A stretch of 64,000 nucleotides of DNA from an uncultured bacterium (GCA_963827235.1 CAWHAE010000010.1:448001-512000); one strand, 5' to 3'. Numbered from the stretch's first letter, positions 39,153-49,098 are shown. Program-made: numbers and translations. Notes: a model not told the origin generated them from the sequence alone.

Positions 39153-40427
39153 GGCCAGCGGACGCAGCGGCGCGAGGATGGCCTCGCCGATCTTGGCGTA
39201 CCACGGCCGGCGCTTCCAAGTCGCCAGGTCGACCGCCTTCGAGTTCGAGCGGTCGATCTCGAAGAGCTGCTCCATCTGGGTGGCGAACGCCTCGTCGTAG
39301 ACCTCCACGTTGATTTCGTAGTTGCCAACCTGGCTGAGCCGGTCCAGGTTCGCCGTGCCGACGGTCGACCACGTGCCGTCCACCGTCATCGTCTTGGCGT
39401 GGTTCATGGCGTCCTGGTAGGCATAGATGTGCACGCCGGCCTGCATCAGCGAGCTGAAGAAGCCTCGTGCCATCCAGTCCGCGGAGACGTGGTTGGACGT
39501 CCATGGCACCAGCACCTGGACGTCGACCCCTCTTCTTGCCGCGTTGGTCAGGGCCATGCGAACGAGACGTCCCGGTATGAAGTAGGCCGTCGTGATCCAG
39601 GCGCTGTGCTCCGCACGCTCGATGGCATCGACATACATGTCTCGAATCGGGAACAGCAGGCGACGGACGTCGTTCGTCCGGTAATGCACACGCGGCTGTG
39701 CTCCTCGCCGCAGTGTCCACGGAATGCGCTCACCGGCCTTCGCCTGCCGGTTCCAGAAATCGATGAACTCCTGGCCGAGGCGGGCAGCCAGCGGGCCGCG
39801 CACCCGAAGGTGAGTGTCGCGCCATTGGGTGCGATACAGCTCGCCGATGTTGTAGCCGCCGACGAAAGCAATGTTGCCGTCTACCACGAGAAGCTTGCGG
39901 TGGTCCCTGGCGTAGTTTCGCGGATCGAGCCAGAGCCACGGCCGGTTGGGAAGTCGGAAGCGCAATGCATGGAGCTCAGGCGGAAAGCGCTTGAACGAGC
40001 GTGGGACGATCACATTCGCGGGACCGTCGAACATGACGTGCACCTCGACGCCGGCCGCGGCCCTGGCCTCGAGGCACTCCCGGAACCGGCGGCCAAGGGC
40101 GTCGCCCTTCCAGATGTATGTCTCGAGCAGGATAGACGTCGTGGCGGAGGAGATGGCATCCAGCATATCCTGGAATACATGGTCGCCGAAGCAATAGAGC
40201 TGCAGGTGGTTACCGTCCACCTCGAGCTCCTCAAACCGCAGCCTGGGAAAGCCCTTCACCGGCCTGCGGCGCTTGCGCAGCTCGGAGATGGCGGAAAGAA
40301 CGGCGACGGTGACGAACTGGAGCGCAAACATGCCGCCCAGGAAGCGAAGGAGAATCCGTCGCCACGATCGGTATGCCCTTGCAGGCAGCATTCCGGAGCT
40401 ATGCAGTATCTGAGCCGCTCTCTCCAT
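39150..40427 (-). CDS. Cardiolipin synthase-like phospholipase D family protein
   Basis: N-terminal TM; two HKD motifs (RDHRKLLVVD, NHAKTMTVD); GGYNIG, WRDTH, VGTANLD..S...NYE. Start 40427 or 40391. Confidence 0.9.
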   Translation of the reverse strand: MERAAQILHSSGMLPARAYRSWRRILLRFLGGMFALQFVTVAVLSAISELRKRRRPVKGFPRLRFEELEVDGNHLQLYCFGDHVFQDMLDAISSATTSILLETYIWKGDALGRRFRECLEARAAAGVEVHVMFDGPANVIVPRSFKRFPPELHALRFRLPNRPWLWLDPRNYARDHRKLLVVDGNIAFVGGYNIGELYRTQWRDTHLRVRGPLAARLGQEFIDFWNRQAKAGERIPWTLRRGAQPRVHYRTNDVRRLLFPIRDMYVDAIERAEHSAWITTAYFIPGRLVRMALTNAARRGVDVQVLVPWTSNHVSADWMARGFFSSLMQAGVHIYAYQDAMNHAKTMTVDGTWSTVGTANLDRLSQVGNYEINVEVYDEAFATQMEQLFEIDRSNSKAVDLATWKRRPWYAKIGEAILAPLRPLA

Positions 40428-41088
40428 ACGTCAACGATTGTACACACGGGTCCGGCAAGGCACTGCCTGGTGAATTGAGCCGGGCAAGATACGCCAGCGC
40501 GAAGCGCACGACGTGCCGGTGGTACTTCGCCATGGGCACGAAATCGCCGGCCGTGAGGTCGATTGGTGCAGCGCTCGTACCGCCTGCCGGCAGCCAGGTT
40601 CCCTTGATAACCGGCCTTGCTCCACTCAGCAGGTCGTCGAACGCGGAGAGATCGATCTCGGCTAGGCCCATGACCTCGGCAGGCTCCGGCGAGAACGATC
40701 CCAGCTCGCGTTCCAGCGGCCAGAGATAGACATCCAGCAGCTCGCGGTCGACGATACCGGGCGCAGGTCGATCATCGTCAGCCCACGTGCAGACAGGCAC
40801 GAGATCGGCGGCCGAAGCCTCGACGCCAATCTCCTCGCGCGCCTCCCTCAGCACCTGCTCCAGCCGCTCGCCGGCCGCGTAGTGCCCGCTTACGCTCGCC
40901 GTGAAGGCACCGGGGTAGGTGTCCTTGGACGGGCTGCGCCGCTGCACGACGACCGTGCCGCGCGCGCGCACGATCCAGAGGGCGACGCTACGATGCCAGT
41001 CACCGTCTCTATGAACCTGGTCGCGCGCCTTGGTCGTGCCTAGCGGGTGCCCGTCGCCGTCGTAGAGGTCGAAATACTCAGCGGTCAT
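40399..41088 (-). CDS. NUDIX hydrolase (IDI-like subfamily)
   Basis: HRDGDWHRSV, QRRS..KDTYPG, SVSGH...GE......REAREEIG (Nudix box). Confidence 0.88.
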   Translation of the reverse strand: MTAEYFDLYDGDGHPLGTTKARDQVHRDGDWHRSVALWIVRARGTVVVQRRSPSKDTYPGAFTASVSGHYAAGERLEQVLREAREEIGVEASAADLVPVCTWADDDRPAPGIVDRELLDVYLWPLERELGSFSPEPAEVMGLAEIDLSAFDDLLSGARPVIKGTWLPAGGTSAAPIDLTAGDFVPMAKYHRHVVRFALAYLARLNSPGSALPDPCVQSLTYGESGSDTA

Positions 41089-41911
41089 TCAAGGTCAGCA
41101 CCATCTGGGGCGTGCTGATCTGGTGATCGGCAGATGTCGAGGCAATCGCCGTGCCCACCGAGTAGAACTCGATCACGTGCGAGCCCCAACCGTGGCTGCG
41201 CTCGTGAATCTGCGTGCCGACAATACCCTCGGCCTGCACCTGCGTCGCTTCCGCCTGCATGCGCTCCATTGCCAGCTCGCGCGCGTCGTAGAGCGCCTGC
41301 GTGAAGTTAACCATCTCAACATTCTGCCCGGCAGTCTTGAAGAAGCCGCGAAGCGTCTGGTGCGCCACGTGGTAGACGCAGTTGCCCATCACCAGTGCCA
41401 AGGGCCTGTAGCCCGACCGCAGCAGCGTCCAGAAGTCCTGACCACTCAGGTCGCTGGTAAACGGCTTGCCGTCAGGCGAGCGATGGTTCTTCCCGTCACG
41501 GCTGCGCACCGCGGTGCCGACGGCGAGGAATTCTGCCAGCGATTCGCCCCACTCGTAACGCCCCACTTCCAGACGCACGCCCACGACGCCGTCGGCGGCG
41601 AGGGCGTCCGCTTCTTCCTCCATGCGGGAGATGGCGAGCTCGCGTGCGTGGTACATCGCCTGGGTCAGCACCACAAGCTCCTGGTTCTGATTGTAGGAGG
41701 ACTGCTGGTAGCCGATGTGGTAGATGCTCGAGCCGACGACCAGCCCGACAGGATCGAAGCCCGCTTCCTTGACCAACAGGAATTCGTTGACCGTGAGGTC
41801 ACTCGTGAACATCGCGCGTTGTCCGCCGCGGCCGGACATCTTGGCCAAGCGCTCGCGAGCCGCTTCCGGCAGGTCACTCATAGGCGTGCTCATTGCGTCG
41901 ACTCTCCTCAT
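41078..41911 (-). CDS. Tandem YbjQ-like (UPF0145, 'heavy-metal-binding') repeat protein B
   Basis: Two internal repeats FTSDL...G..P..LV.G...YH ... ARELA..RM..EA....A.G.VG ... GTA. Start 41911 (overlapping the upstream stop) or 41893 (after GAGGAG). Confidence 0.85.
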   Translation of the reverse strand: MRRVDAMSTPMSDLPEAARERLAKMSGRGGQRAMFTSDLTVNEFLLVKEAGFDPVGLVVGSSIYHIGYQQSSYNQNQELVVLTQAMYHARELAISRMEEEADALAADGVVGVRLEVGRYEWGESLAEFLAVGTAVRSRDGKNHRSPDGKPFTSDLSGQDFWTLLRSGYRPLALVMGNCVYHVAHQTLRGFFKTAGQNVEMVNFTQALYDARELAMERMQAEATQVQAEGIVGTQIHERSHGWGSHVIEFYSVGTAIASTSADHQISTPQMVLTLNDR

Positions 41912-42876
41912 TCTCCCCGTAGGGCTGCAGGGCTGGCTACGTTCGCAACGTCTTCGAGATCGAGGACCACTGCGGGTGCAGTGGGCTTTGCCGTCACCGG
42001 GGCTTCGACGATCGCGGTTCCCCAGGTGACGTACTCCACGATATAATCTTCCCGCTCGCTATCCGAGCCACCGGAGGCGATTCGCCGCAGCGTGTGATCG
42101 AAGTGCACGCCGATCACGCCGTGCGCGCCCACCGTGGCGGCCTGCCGGTGCATGCGCCCGAAGGCATGTTGCTGCGCGTCGTAGATGCTCTGGGTATACT
42201 TCACCACTTCCTGGTTGTACCAGCTGAAGTTTTGCGCCTGGTCCACGTAGCTCGTGTAGATGTAGTACGCGCAGTTGCCGAATACGAGGCTGACGGGCCT
42301 GACGCCTGCCTGCAGCATGGTGCAATACTCCTGCGCCGAGAGCCCGCCGATGAACGGCTCCGCGTGGGTCGGGGCCCCCCGGGCATGGATGGCCGTGCCC
42401 AGTGCCACCACTTCGACCAGGCTTTCTGCCCAGGACGGCTTGCGAATCTCCAGGCGCACGCCAACCACGCCCAGGGCACCCATGCCTCGCGCCTCCTGCT
42501 GCATGCGATCGATAGCCGACGTGGTGGCCGTATACAGCGCCTCGGTCTGGTTGTCCAGCACGCCGGTATAGGTCCAGCCTGTCCAGCCGATGTGGTAGAC
42601 GCAACTACCGGCGACCAGGCCCACCGGCTCGTAGCCGACCTGCCGAGCGATCAGGAATTCGTTGACTGAAAGGTCGCTGCTGAAAAGCGGCACCCCTGCA
42701 CCCGAGGAGATCGCGGCACGGATCTGGCCGACCCGCTCCTGCGCGCGTACGGGCAGCCTGCCGGAGGCGAGCGCTTCCTTGCTCTTCTCCTGAAGCTGGG
42801 CCTCGAGGTCCGCGGCAGCGCGCGCGGCTTCCTTCTGCTGCTTCTCGTCGGCCGATTCTCTGTGGAACAGTGGCAT
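41908..42876 (-). CDS. Tandem YbjQ-like repeat protein A with an N-terminal charged helix
   Basis: FSSDLSVNEF..GYEPVGLVAGSCVYHIG ... AIDRMQQEA...GA.GVVGV ... GTAI; second repeat RM..QA...GAHGVIGV ... GTAI. Confidence 0.82.
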   Translation of the reverse strand: MPLFHRESADEKQQKEAARAAADLEAQLQEKSKEALASGRLPVRAQERVGQIRAAISSGAGVPLFSSDLSVNEFLIARQVGYEPVGLVAGSCVYHIGWTGWTYTGVLDNQTEALYTATTSAIDRMQQEARGMGALGVVGVRLEIRKPSWAESLVEVVALGTAIHARGAPTHAEPFIGGLSAQEYCTMLQAGVRPVSLVFGNCAYYIYTSYVDQAQNFSWYNQEVVKYTQSIYDAQQHAFGRMHRQAATVGAHGVIGVHFDHTLRRIASGGSDSEREDYIVEYVTWGTAIVEAPVTAKPTAPAVVLDLEDVANVASPAALRGE

Positions 42877-42930
42877 GTCAGCTCAACCTCACCGCTAGGC
42901 AAGTGGGCAGCACCAATCGACCGCCCGTTG

Positions 42931-43347
42931 CTAGGTCAGTAAGCGCTCGAGCGCGGCGCGGGCCTGCGTATTGCGCGCGGCGTGCGCCGCCAGATCCTTT
43001 GCCAGCTCGTCGATCCAGGTCTCAACGCCCAGCTCTTCCGTCTTCAGGGAAATGCCCCGAACCACCTTGGCGCGGGCCGCGCGCAAGCCTCCGTGGCCAC
43101 CGTGCTCGATGCTGTAGCGGTGCTCGCCGAGCTCCAATGTGAGGCGCGAGACCTGTTTCTCCTTCGAGAAGAGACTGCCACGACGCTCCACCTGGCAAAG
43201 GGTCGGCAGTGCGCCGCTGAGCTTCTCCGCCAGCGCGCCGAGGAATGCCTTTGTGTCCGACAGGTCGGCGCGCAGCGAGGAAGCCACGATTTCGAAACCC
43301 ATGCCGTCGCTAGTCCCGCTCAGATCGTCCAATCGTCCGCTCCCCAT
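42931..43347 (-). CDS. Conserved-looking hypothetical protein (about 125-140 aa), first gene of the YbjQ operon
   Basis: C-terminal part of track ORF 42931..44289: ASSLRADLSD..AFL..LAEKL..ALP ... KVVRGISLKTEEL....W...L. Starts at ATG 43347, TTG 43332 (after GGGGAG) or ATG 43302. TATACT at 43411-43406. Confidence 0.75.
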   Translation of the reverse strand: MGSGRLDDLSGTSDGMGFEIVASSLRADLSDTKAFLGALAEKLSGALPTLCQVERRGSLFSKEKQVSRLTLELGEHRYSIEHGGHGGLRAARAKVVRGISLKTEELGVETWIDELAKDLAAHAARNTQARAALERLLT

Positions 43348-43521
43348 GGTGCACATGACTAGAGGCCGTGGCGGAAGCCCGCTCTTTGACGCTCGCGCTG
43401 TGGCCAGTATAAAGCGGCCTCGGGAGCCCGGCAAGCATGTCGAAGGTTTGCCAATGCCGGGTTCGAAGCCGCACGAAGGCACCACGGTAGATGCTACCAT
43501 GGCGCGTGAGGAGGTGAGCAC

Positions 43522-44241
43522 ATGGCAAACAATCCGACGACGTCGCAGTCGGATTCGAAGCGGCGCGCTGCAGCGTACGCGGCTACATTGATCGAGGATC
43601 GCATGGTGGTAGGTCTGGGTTCGGGCTCGACGGCCCGACTGTTCGTCGAATCTCTCATCGAACGTGTTCGCGGCGGTCTGAGTATACGAGGCGTGGCAAC
43701 GTCCGAAGCGACGGCAGCGCAGGCTCGCGACGGTGGCATCCCTCTCGGGTCTCTCGAGGAGTATCCGAGCCTGGATATCGTCGTGGACGGCGCCGACGAG
43801 GTCGATCCGAAGTTGAACCTGATCAAGGGACTTGGCGGAGCACTGCTGAGAGAGAAGATCGTCGCCTCGTCGACCGGCCGGCTGGTGATCATGGTGGACG
43901 AGCACAAGCTGGTTCCCCGTCTCGGCGACCACTCTCCGGTGCCTGTCGAGGTGGTCACGTTCGGCTGGACGCGCGTGGACGCCGAGCTGCGTGCCCTGGG
44001 CTCCCGCCCGGAAAGGCGTATGGCAGGAGGGCAGCCGTTCTTGACCGACGGAGGACACTACATACTGGATTGCTGGTTCGATAGCTCTGTAAACCTCCTC
44101 GACGTAGCCGCAGCCATCAAGGCGCTGACCGGCGTGGTCGAGCACGGTCTGTTTCCCGGGATGGCACGACAGGTGCTGGTGGGGACCGCAGCCGGGGTCG
44201 ATCTGATCGATCATTCGGGCCGAACGTCGATCGCTAGTTGA
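43522..44241 (+). CDS. rpiA: Ribose-5-phosphate isomerase A
   Basis: VGLGSGST, DGADEVD, IKGLGGALLREKIVA, TDGGHYILD, GVVEHGLF. Confidence 0.97.
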   Translation: MANNPTTSQSDSKRRAAAYAATLIEDRMVVGLGSGSTARLFVESLIERVRGGLSIRGVATSEATAAQARDGGIPLGSLEEYPSLDIVVDGADEVDPKLNLIKGLGGALLREKIVASSTGRLVIMVDEHKLVPRLGDHSPVPVEVVTFGWTRVDAELRALGSRPERRMAGGQPFLTDGGHYILDCWFDSSVNLLDVAAAIKALTGVVEHGLFPGMARQVLVGTAAGVDLIDHSGRTSIAS

Positions 44242-44887
44242 GCTCGACCGTCTCTCCAGTGACGATGTAGACCACGGTCTCCATGACATTGGCCATGTGA
44301 TCCGCGATGCGCTCGAGATCGCGAGCTACGAAGAGCGTGTACGTGGCTCGCGCGATCAAGGTCGAATCTTCGACCATTTCGGTCAGCAGCTCGCGAAAAA
44401 GGTGGCTATAGGCGACGTCCACGCCGTCATCGATCTGGCAGACGGCACGCGCGAGGTCGACGTCGGTGTCCGCATAGCTGCGCAGCCCGTCTCGCAGCAT
44501 CAGCTGGACCTGGTCAATGATCTGCTCAAGGTCGCCCTGGTCGCCAAGCTGCGGCGGAGCGGCAAGCCGCAGCACCGAGTTGGCGATCGCAGCGGCGTGG
44601 TCGCCGATGCGCTCGAAGCTTGCCGCTACGCGCGATACGCCGAGGATGCGCCGAAGATCGGAGGCTACCGGTGCCTGCAACATCAGGAGCACGCTCGCGT
44701 CGTCGAGGATCTGGCGCTCCATACGATTGATGCCGGCATCCTCTTCGACGACGCGTTGCGCGAGAACCGGGTCGTAACTGGAGAATGCTTGCACAGCCTG
44801 CCGCACAGCCGTAGCCGCCTGCTCGCCGAGGACGGCCGTGGCAGCGCTCAACGCGTGCAGCTGCTGGCCAAAGCGTTCACGTGTCAA
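44234..44887 (-). CDS. phoU: Phosphate signalling protein PhoU
   Basis: QAPVASDLR, ERIGDHA, DDGVD, LERIADH; downstream of pstB. Confidence 0.95.
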   Translation of the reverse strand: MTRERFGQQLHALSAATAVLGEQAATAVRQAVQAFSSYDPVLAQRVVEEDAGINRMERQILDDASVLLMLQAPVASDLRRILGVSRVAASFERIGDHAAAIANSVLRLAAPPQLGDQGDLEQIIDQVQLMLRDGLRSYADTDVDLARAVCQIDDGVDVAYSHLFRELLTEMVEDSTLIARATYTLFVARDLERIADHMANVMETVVYIVTGETVELN

Positions 44888-44916
44888 TGGTTCCCCCTTG
44901 CCGTTGCGGGCGGCAC

Positions 44917-45738
44917 TTAACCGAAGCGCCCGGTGACGTAATCTTCTGTGCGCTTGTCCGAGGGGTTGCTGAATATGGTCTTGGTCGGACCCTCTTCAAC
45001 CAGAATACCCGTCCGATCTTCCATGTCGACCAGCATGAATGCGGTCCGATCGGAGACGCGGGTAGCCTGCTGCATGTTGTGCGTCACGATCACGATGGTG
45101 TAGCTGCTCCGGAGATCCGCGATCAGCTCTTCGACTTTGAGCGTGGCGATCGGGTCCAGCGCGGAGCAGGGCTCGTCCATCAGAATGACCTCGGGCTCGA
45201 CGGCCAGGGCACGGGCGATGCACAGGCGCTGCTGCTGGCCGCCCGAGAGGGCTGTCGCGGGCGACTTGAGGCGATCCTTCACTTCGTCCCAGATCGCCGC
45301 GTCGCGGAGCGACTTCTCCACGATCTCGGCGAGCTGGCGCCCGGCTCGCCGACCGGTCAACCGAATGCCCGCCGTCACGTTGTCCTGTATCGACATGGTC
45401 GGAAATGGATTTGGCCGTTGAAACACCATGCCGACGCGCCTGCGTACCAGCACCGCGTCGGCGGTGGAGGCGTATATGTCCTCGCCGTCCAGCAGGACGC
45501 GGCCTGTCACGCGGGCTCCCGGAATAACTTCGTGCATGCGATTGAGGCAGCGCAGCAGCGTCGACTTTCCGCAACCGGAAGGACCGATGATCGCGGTCAC
45601 GCTGCCGGGCTCGATCCTCAACGTAACGTCCTTCACCGCGTGCTTACTGCCGTAGAAGGCATGCAGCGACTCCAGGAACATGGCCTTCGTGGATTGGCCG
45701 GTCTCATTGTGTGCTCGTGGCTCCACTGCTGCCGACAT
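44917..45738 (-). CDS. pstB: Phosphate ABC transporter ATPase
   Basis: [52 protein letters not shown]. Confidence 0.97.
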   Translation of the reverse strand: MSAAVEPRAHNETGQSTKAMFLESLHAFYGSKHAVKDVTLRIEPGSVTAIIGPSGCGKSTLLRCLNRMHEVIPGARVTGRVLLDGEDIYASTADAVLVRRRVGMVFQRPNPFPTMSIQDNVTAGIRLTGRRAGRQLAEIVEKSLRDAAIWDEVKDRLKSPATALSGGQQQRLCIARALAVEPEVILMDEPCSALDPIATLKVEELIADLRSSYTIVIVTHNMQQATRVSDRTAFMLVDMEDRTGILVEEGPTKTIFSNPSDKRTEDYVTGRFG

Positions 45739-45744
45739 AACTCC

Positions 45745-46629
45745 CTATCTCCCGGACCTTCGCGCGGCAATCAGCCGGGCACCCAGATTCAAGGCGACGA
45801 CGAAGAAGAACAGCAGGAGTACCCCGGCATAGGCGAGCGGGTAGTCGGTCGAGGGATCCTGCGAGTTAATAAAGTTCTGGTAGATTTGCAGCGGCAGTGC
45901 AGGTGACGGCTGGGACCAATTCACGAAGCCATTCTGGTTGCCGTATGCCGTGAAGATAAGCGGCGCCGTCTCGCCGGCCACGCGGGCAATTCCCAGAATG
46001 ACGCCCGTGATGATCCCGCTCATAGCGGTCGGTACGATGATGGTGACGATCGTGCGCCAGCGGCTAACGCCCAGGGCGAGACCTGCCTCCCGCAGCGTAT
46101 CCGGTACCAGGCGAACCACGGCCTCGGTGGAGCGTGAGACCGTGGGGAACATGAGCAGGCCGAGCGCGAAGCCGCCGGCCAGGGCCGTGTAGTGGCCGAG
46201 CGTGAGCACGATCACGCTGTAGGCCACGATGCCGGCCACGATACTGGGCAGGCCGGCGAGCACGTCTGCCACGAAGCGCACGAGGTCGCCGAATCGGTTC
46301 CGGCCGTATTCCGCAAGGTAGATGCCCGACATCAGTCCAATCGGCAATCCCACGCAGCACGAGAGCGCCACCAGGATGACGGTGCCCTTGAATCCATCCT
46401 CGAGCGTGCCCTGGGCAGTGGACTGCTCCGTGAACACGTCGGGAAAGTGCCCGAACAGTGCCGACCAGCCCTGCTGGACGACATAAATCCCGACCCAGAA
46501 CAGGGGAACCAGGGCTATCACGGCGCATAGCACCAGGAGGCCAGTAGCCACCCGGTTGACCAGCAGCCGTCGCCGGTAGTTACGCGTCAGGCTCGAGGCG
46601 CGCAGCGCGGGACTTGCACTGGCCATCAC
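45745..46629 (-). CDS. pstA: Phosphate ABC transporter permease
   Basis: IYLAEY, LAGLPSIVAG, ARVAGETAPL; operon position. Confidence 0.95.
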   Translation of the reverse strand: MMASASPALRASSLTRNYRRRLLVNRVATGLLVLCAVIALVPLFWVGIYVVQQGWSALFGHFPDVFTEQSTAQGTLEDGFKGTVILVALSCCVGLPIGLMSGIYLAEYGRNRFGDLVRFVADVLAGLPSIVAGIVAYSVIVLTLGHYTALAGGFALGLLMFPTVSRSTEAVVRLVPDTLREAGLALGVSRWRTIVTIIVPTAMSGIITGVILGIARVAGETAPLIFTAYGNQNGFVNWSQPSPALPLQIYQNFINSQDPSTDYPLAYAGVLLLFFFVVALNLGARLIAARRSGR

Positions 46630-47600
46630 TTAACCTCCGCGGCGCCGTGCGAGACCGACCATACCAGCAGCCGGGCAAGCACATTCAGCAGGACCGACAC
46701 CAGGAGCAGGATCATGCCGAGTTCGAACAGAGCTGAGAGCTCCAACCCTGTCGCATCGCCCAGGCTGTTGGCGATCTTGCTGGCCAGGGTGTCGGCGCTG
46801 TGGAAGAGGTTGCTGCCCACATAGGCGAAGTTGCCAATAACCATAGTTGCCGCGATGGTCTCTCCTACTGCTCGGCCCATGGCCAGAATCAGGGCTCCAA
46901 TGATGCCGGGGCGAGCGTAGGGGAGTACGGCCATCCAGACCATCTCCCAGCGCGTGGCGCCCAGAGCAAGCATGGCTTCGCGCTGGTTATCCGGCACAAC
47001 CCTGATTACCTCACGCGATATGGCGGCAACGGTGGGAACGATCATCACAGCCAGGACGAGCGAGGCGGTCAGGATCGAACGGCCGGCCCAGTAATCCTGG
47101 GAGAAGAACGGCGTCCAGCCCAGAATGCGCTTGAAAAACGGGTCGACGTCATTCTGCATGAGAGGAATCAGCACGGATATGCCCCACACACCGTATACCA
47201 CGCTTGGTATGGCGGCAAGCAGCTCGACGAGCAGTGCGACCGGAGTGGCGAACCAGCGAGGCAGGTGCAGCTCCACCAGCAGAATGGCAATGCCCACGCC
47301 AACCACACCGGCCATCAATAGAGCGAGGACGGAGGTAATGATGGTGCCGAAGATGAAGGCCTGGGCGCCGAAGCGCTCGTTCAGCGAGGGATTCCAGTCG
47401 GAGCTGGTGAAGAAGCTGACACCGTAGCGGCTGAGGGTGTCGTGCGAGTTGTAGGCCAGCGTTCCGATCATGAGCGCGGCAACGCCGAGCACCGTGAGGG
47501 CGAACAGAACGGTCAGCCCTTCGAAGATGGCGTCTCCGCTGATGAAGCCCTGCCGCCTGTGGGTCGCCGAGCCGGCCCGTGCCATGGTTTTCACGGCCAC
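46626..47600 (-). CDS. pstC: Phosphate ABC transporter permease
   Basis: ELLAAIPSVVYG.WG, VP...REA..ALGATRWE, GRAVGET.A; operon position. Confidence 0.95.
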   Translation of the reverse strand: MAVKTMARAGSATHRRQGFISGDAIFEGLTVLFALTVLGVAALMIGTLAYNSHDTLSRYGVSFFTSSDWNPSLNERFGAQAFIFGTIITSVLALLMAGVVGVGIAILLVELHLPRWFATPVALLVELLAAIPSVVYGVWGISVLIPLMQNDVDPFFKRILGWTPFFSQDYWAGRSILTASLVLAVMIVPTVAAISREVIRVVPDNQREAMLALGATRWEMVWMAVLPYARPGIIGALILAMGRAVGETIAATMVIGNFAYVGSNLFHSADTLASKIANSLGDATGLELSALFELGMILLLVSVLLNVLARLLVWSVSHGAAEVK

Positions 47601-47765
47601 CTATCAATCACTCCTAGCGCTCGCTACCGCGCACGCTCGCCGGGACCGGTTCTCCTACAGCTCCGTGAGCAGTGCCTCGCGTGCGTCGAAGCGCCCCGGC
47701 ATCATACCGAGCCGGAGCGCCCCAACGGAGCTACATTCTTAGTCTTAGTGTCGAGTCACTCCTGG

Positions 47766-48878
47766 CTATTTGCCGTTGTAGACCTGCTTGCCGTTCACGG
47801 TGACCGAGAGCAGCTTCTGCTCGTCGAGCTTCACGATGTTTGCGGGCAAAGGTGCGTAGCGCAGATTGCCGGACGAGGCGTAACGCTGCCCATCATGGAT
47901 CGCCCACCACAGGAACTTGACCACACCGGTGGCCATGGTGAGGTCCTTCTGGTGCTGGTGCACAAGGCCCCAGGTGAAACCGCTGATCGGATAGGAGCCG
48001 GCGCCGGGCGCGTTGACTACCACTCCGCGCAGGTCGGAGGGCAGCGCCGGGGCATTCGCGGCATCGGCGGAGGCGCCGGCGACGGAAGGCGAGACGAAGC
48101 TGCCGGCTTTGTTCTTCACGGCGACCGTGGGTAGATTTCGCAGCAGTGCGTATGACAGCTCGACGTAGCCGATGGCGCCCGGAGATTGACTGACGATGGC
48201 GGCCACGCCGGGCGAGCCCTTGCCGCCCTGTCCACTCGGGAAGGTGACCAGCGTACCGGCGCCAACCGTCGACTTGAAGGTATCGCTTACGGCGCTGAGA
48301 TAGTTGGTGGCGATGAACGTGGTGCCGCTACCGTCGGCGCGGTGCACCGGTACGATCGGCATGTTGGGTAGGGTGACTCCGGAGTTGAGCGCAGCGATCG
48401 CCGGATCGGACCAGCTCGTAATCTTGCCCATGTAGATCCCGGCGAGAGTCGTGCCGTCGAGCTTCAGCGTGCCCTGGAGGCCCGGAAGATTGTAGATCAG
48501 CGCGACAGGCCCAAGCGTCAGCGGGATATGGATGATGTCGCCACCGGCAGCCTTGATCTGGTCGTCGGACATGAACGCGTCCGTGCAAGCGAAGTCCAGC
48601 AGGCCCTTGGTGAGGCTTGTGATGCCTGCGCCACTGCCGACTCCCTGGTAGTTAATAGCTACATACTTGTCGACGGTCTGCTGGTAGATGGTCTTCCACT
48701 TGATCATTTCCGGCTGGATGAACGTCGATCCGCCGGCGTTGACGAACAGGGTCGACGTATTCGCCGGCCGTGCCTGCGCCACTGGGGCGGCCACCCCTGC
48801 GATCAACGTGGCGCTGAGACCGGCGGCGATGAACGCTCTGATCAATCGGGCTTTGCTAAGGCTACCAACTACTGACAA
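47766..48878 (-). CDS. pstS: Phosphate ABC transporter substrate-binding protein
   Basis: GGSTF, YQGVGSGAG, HRADGSGTT, AIGYVE, YPI; TTG start after AGGAGG. Confidence 0.96.
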   Translation of the reverse strand: MSVVGSLSKARLIRAFIAAGLSATLIAGVAAPVAQARPANTSTLFVNAGGSTFIQPEMIKWKTIYQQTVDKYVAINYQGVGSGAGITSLTKGLLDFACTDAFMSDDQIKAAGGDIIHIPLTLGPVALIYNLPGLQGTLKLDGTTLAGIYMGKITSWSDPAIAALNSGVTLPNMPIVPVHRADGSGTTFIATNYLSAVSDTFKSTVGAGTLVTFPSGQGGKGSPGVAAIVSQSPGAIGYVELSYALLRNLPTVAVKNKAGSFVSPSVAGASADAANAPALPSDLRGVVVNAPGAGSYPISGFTWGLVHQHQKDLTMATGVVKFLWWAIHDGQRYASSGNLRYAPLPANIVKLDEQKLLSVTVNGKQVYNGK

Positions 48879-49044
48879 TTGCTTCCTCCTGCACTACACG
48901 TCCGATGCACAAGCGCCCAGACATGCCTCACGTTGCATGGACAAATGCAGGGCACGGAGTGACCCGCTACGTCACCTAGCAGGACACCCATCTCAAGGAC
49001 GCCACCTCGGGCCCGGCACGCAGCCGGCCCTCGTGCACAGCTAC

Positions 49045-49098
49045 ACCGTAGCAGTGCCGATTTAAGTCGGCGTTAATGGAATGTTAAGGCTCTGTTAA
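49045..49098 (-). promoter_or_regulatory. Pho-box-like array (four units, 11-bp period) plus -10 for pstS
   Basis: Minus strand: TTAAcagagccTTAAcattccaTTAAcgccgacTTAA-N11-TACGGT. TTAA at 49062, 49073, 49084, 49095. Confidence 0.85.

Noticed and set aside
39150-40427. PLD as an anti-phage nuclease
   Set aside because: Two HKD motifs, an N-terminal TM and WRDTH / GTANLD..S...NYE motifs fit cardiolipin synthases, not single-HKD Nuc-type nucleases.
40399-41088. NUDIX protein as type-1 IPP isomerase supplying the crt cluster
   Set aside because: Lacks the catalytic Cys motif (has SVSGH rather than CCSHP) and has a normal Nudix box.
47655-47735. Inverted repeat AGCTCCGT/ACGGAGCT between pstS and pstC
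   Set aside because: Ordinary mRNA-stabilising or attenuating hairpin expected after pstS.
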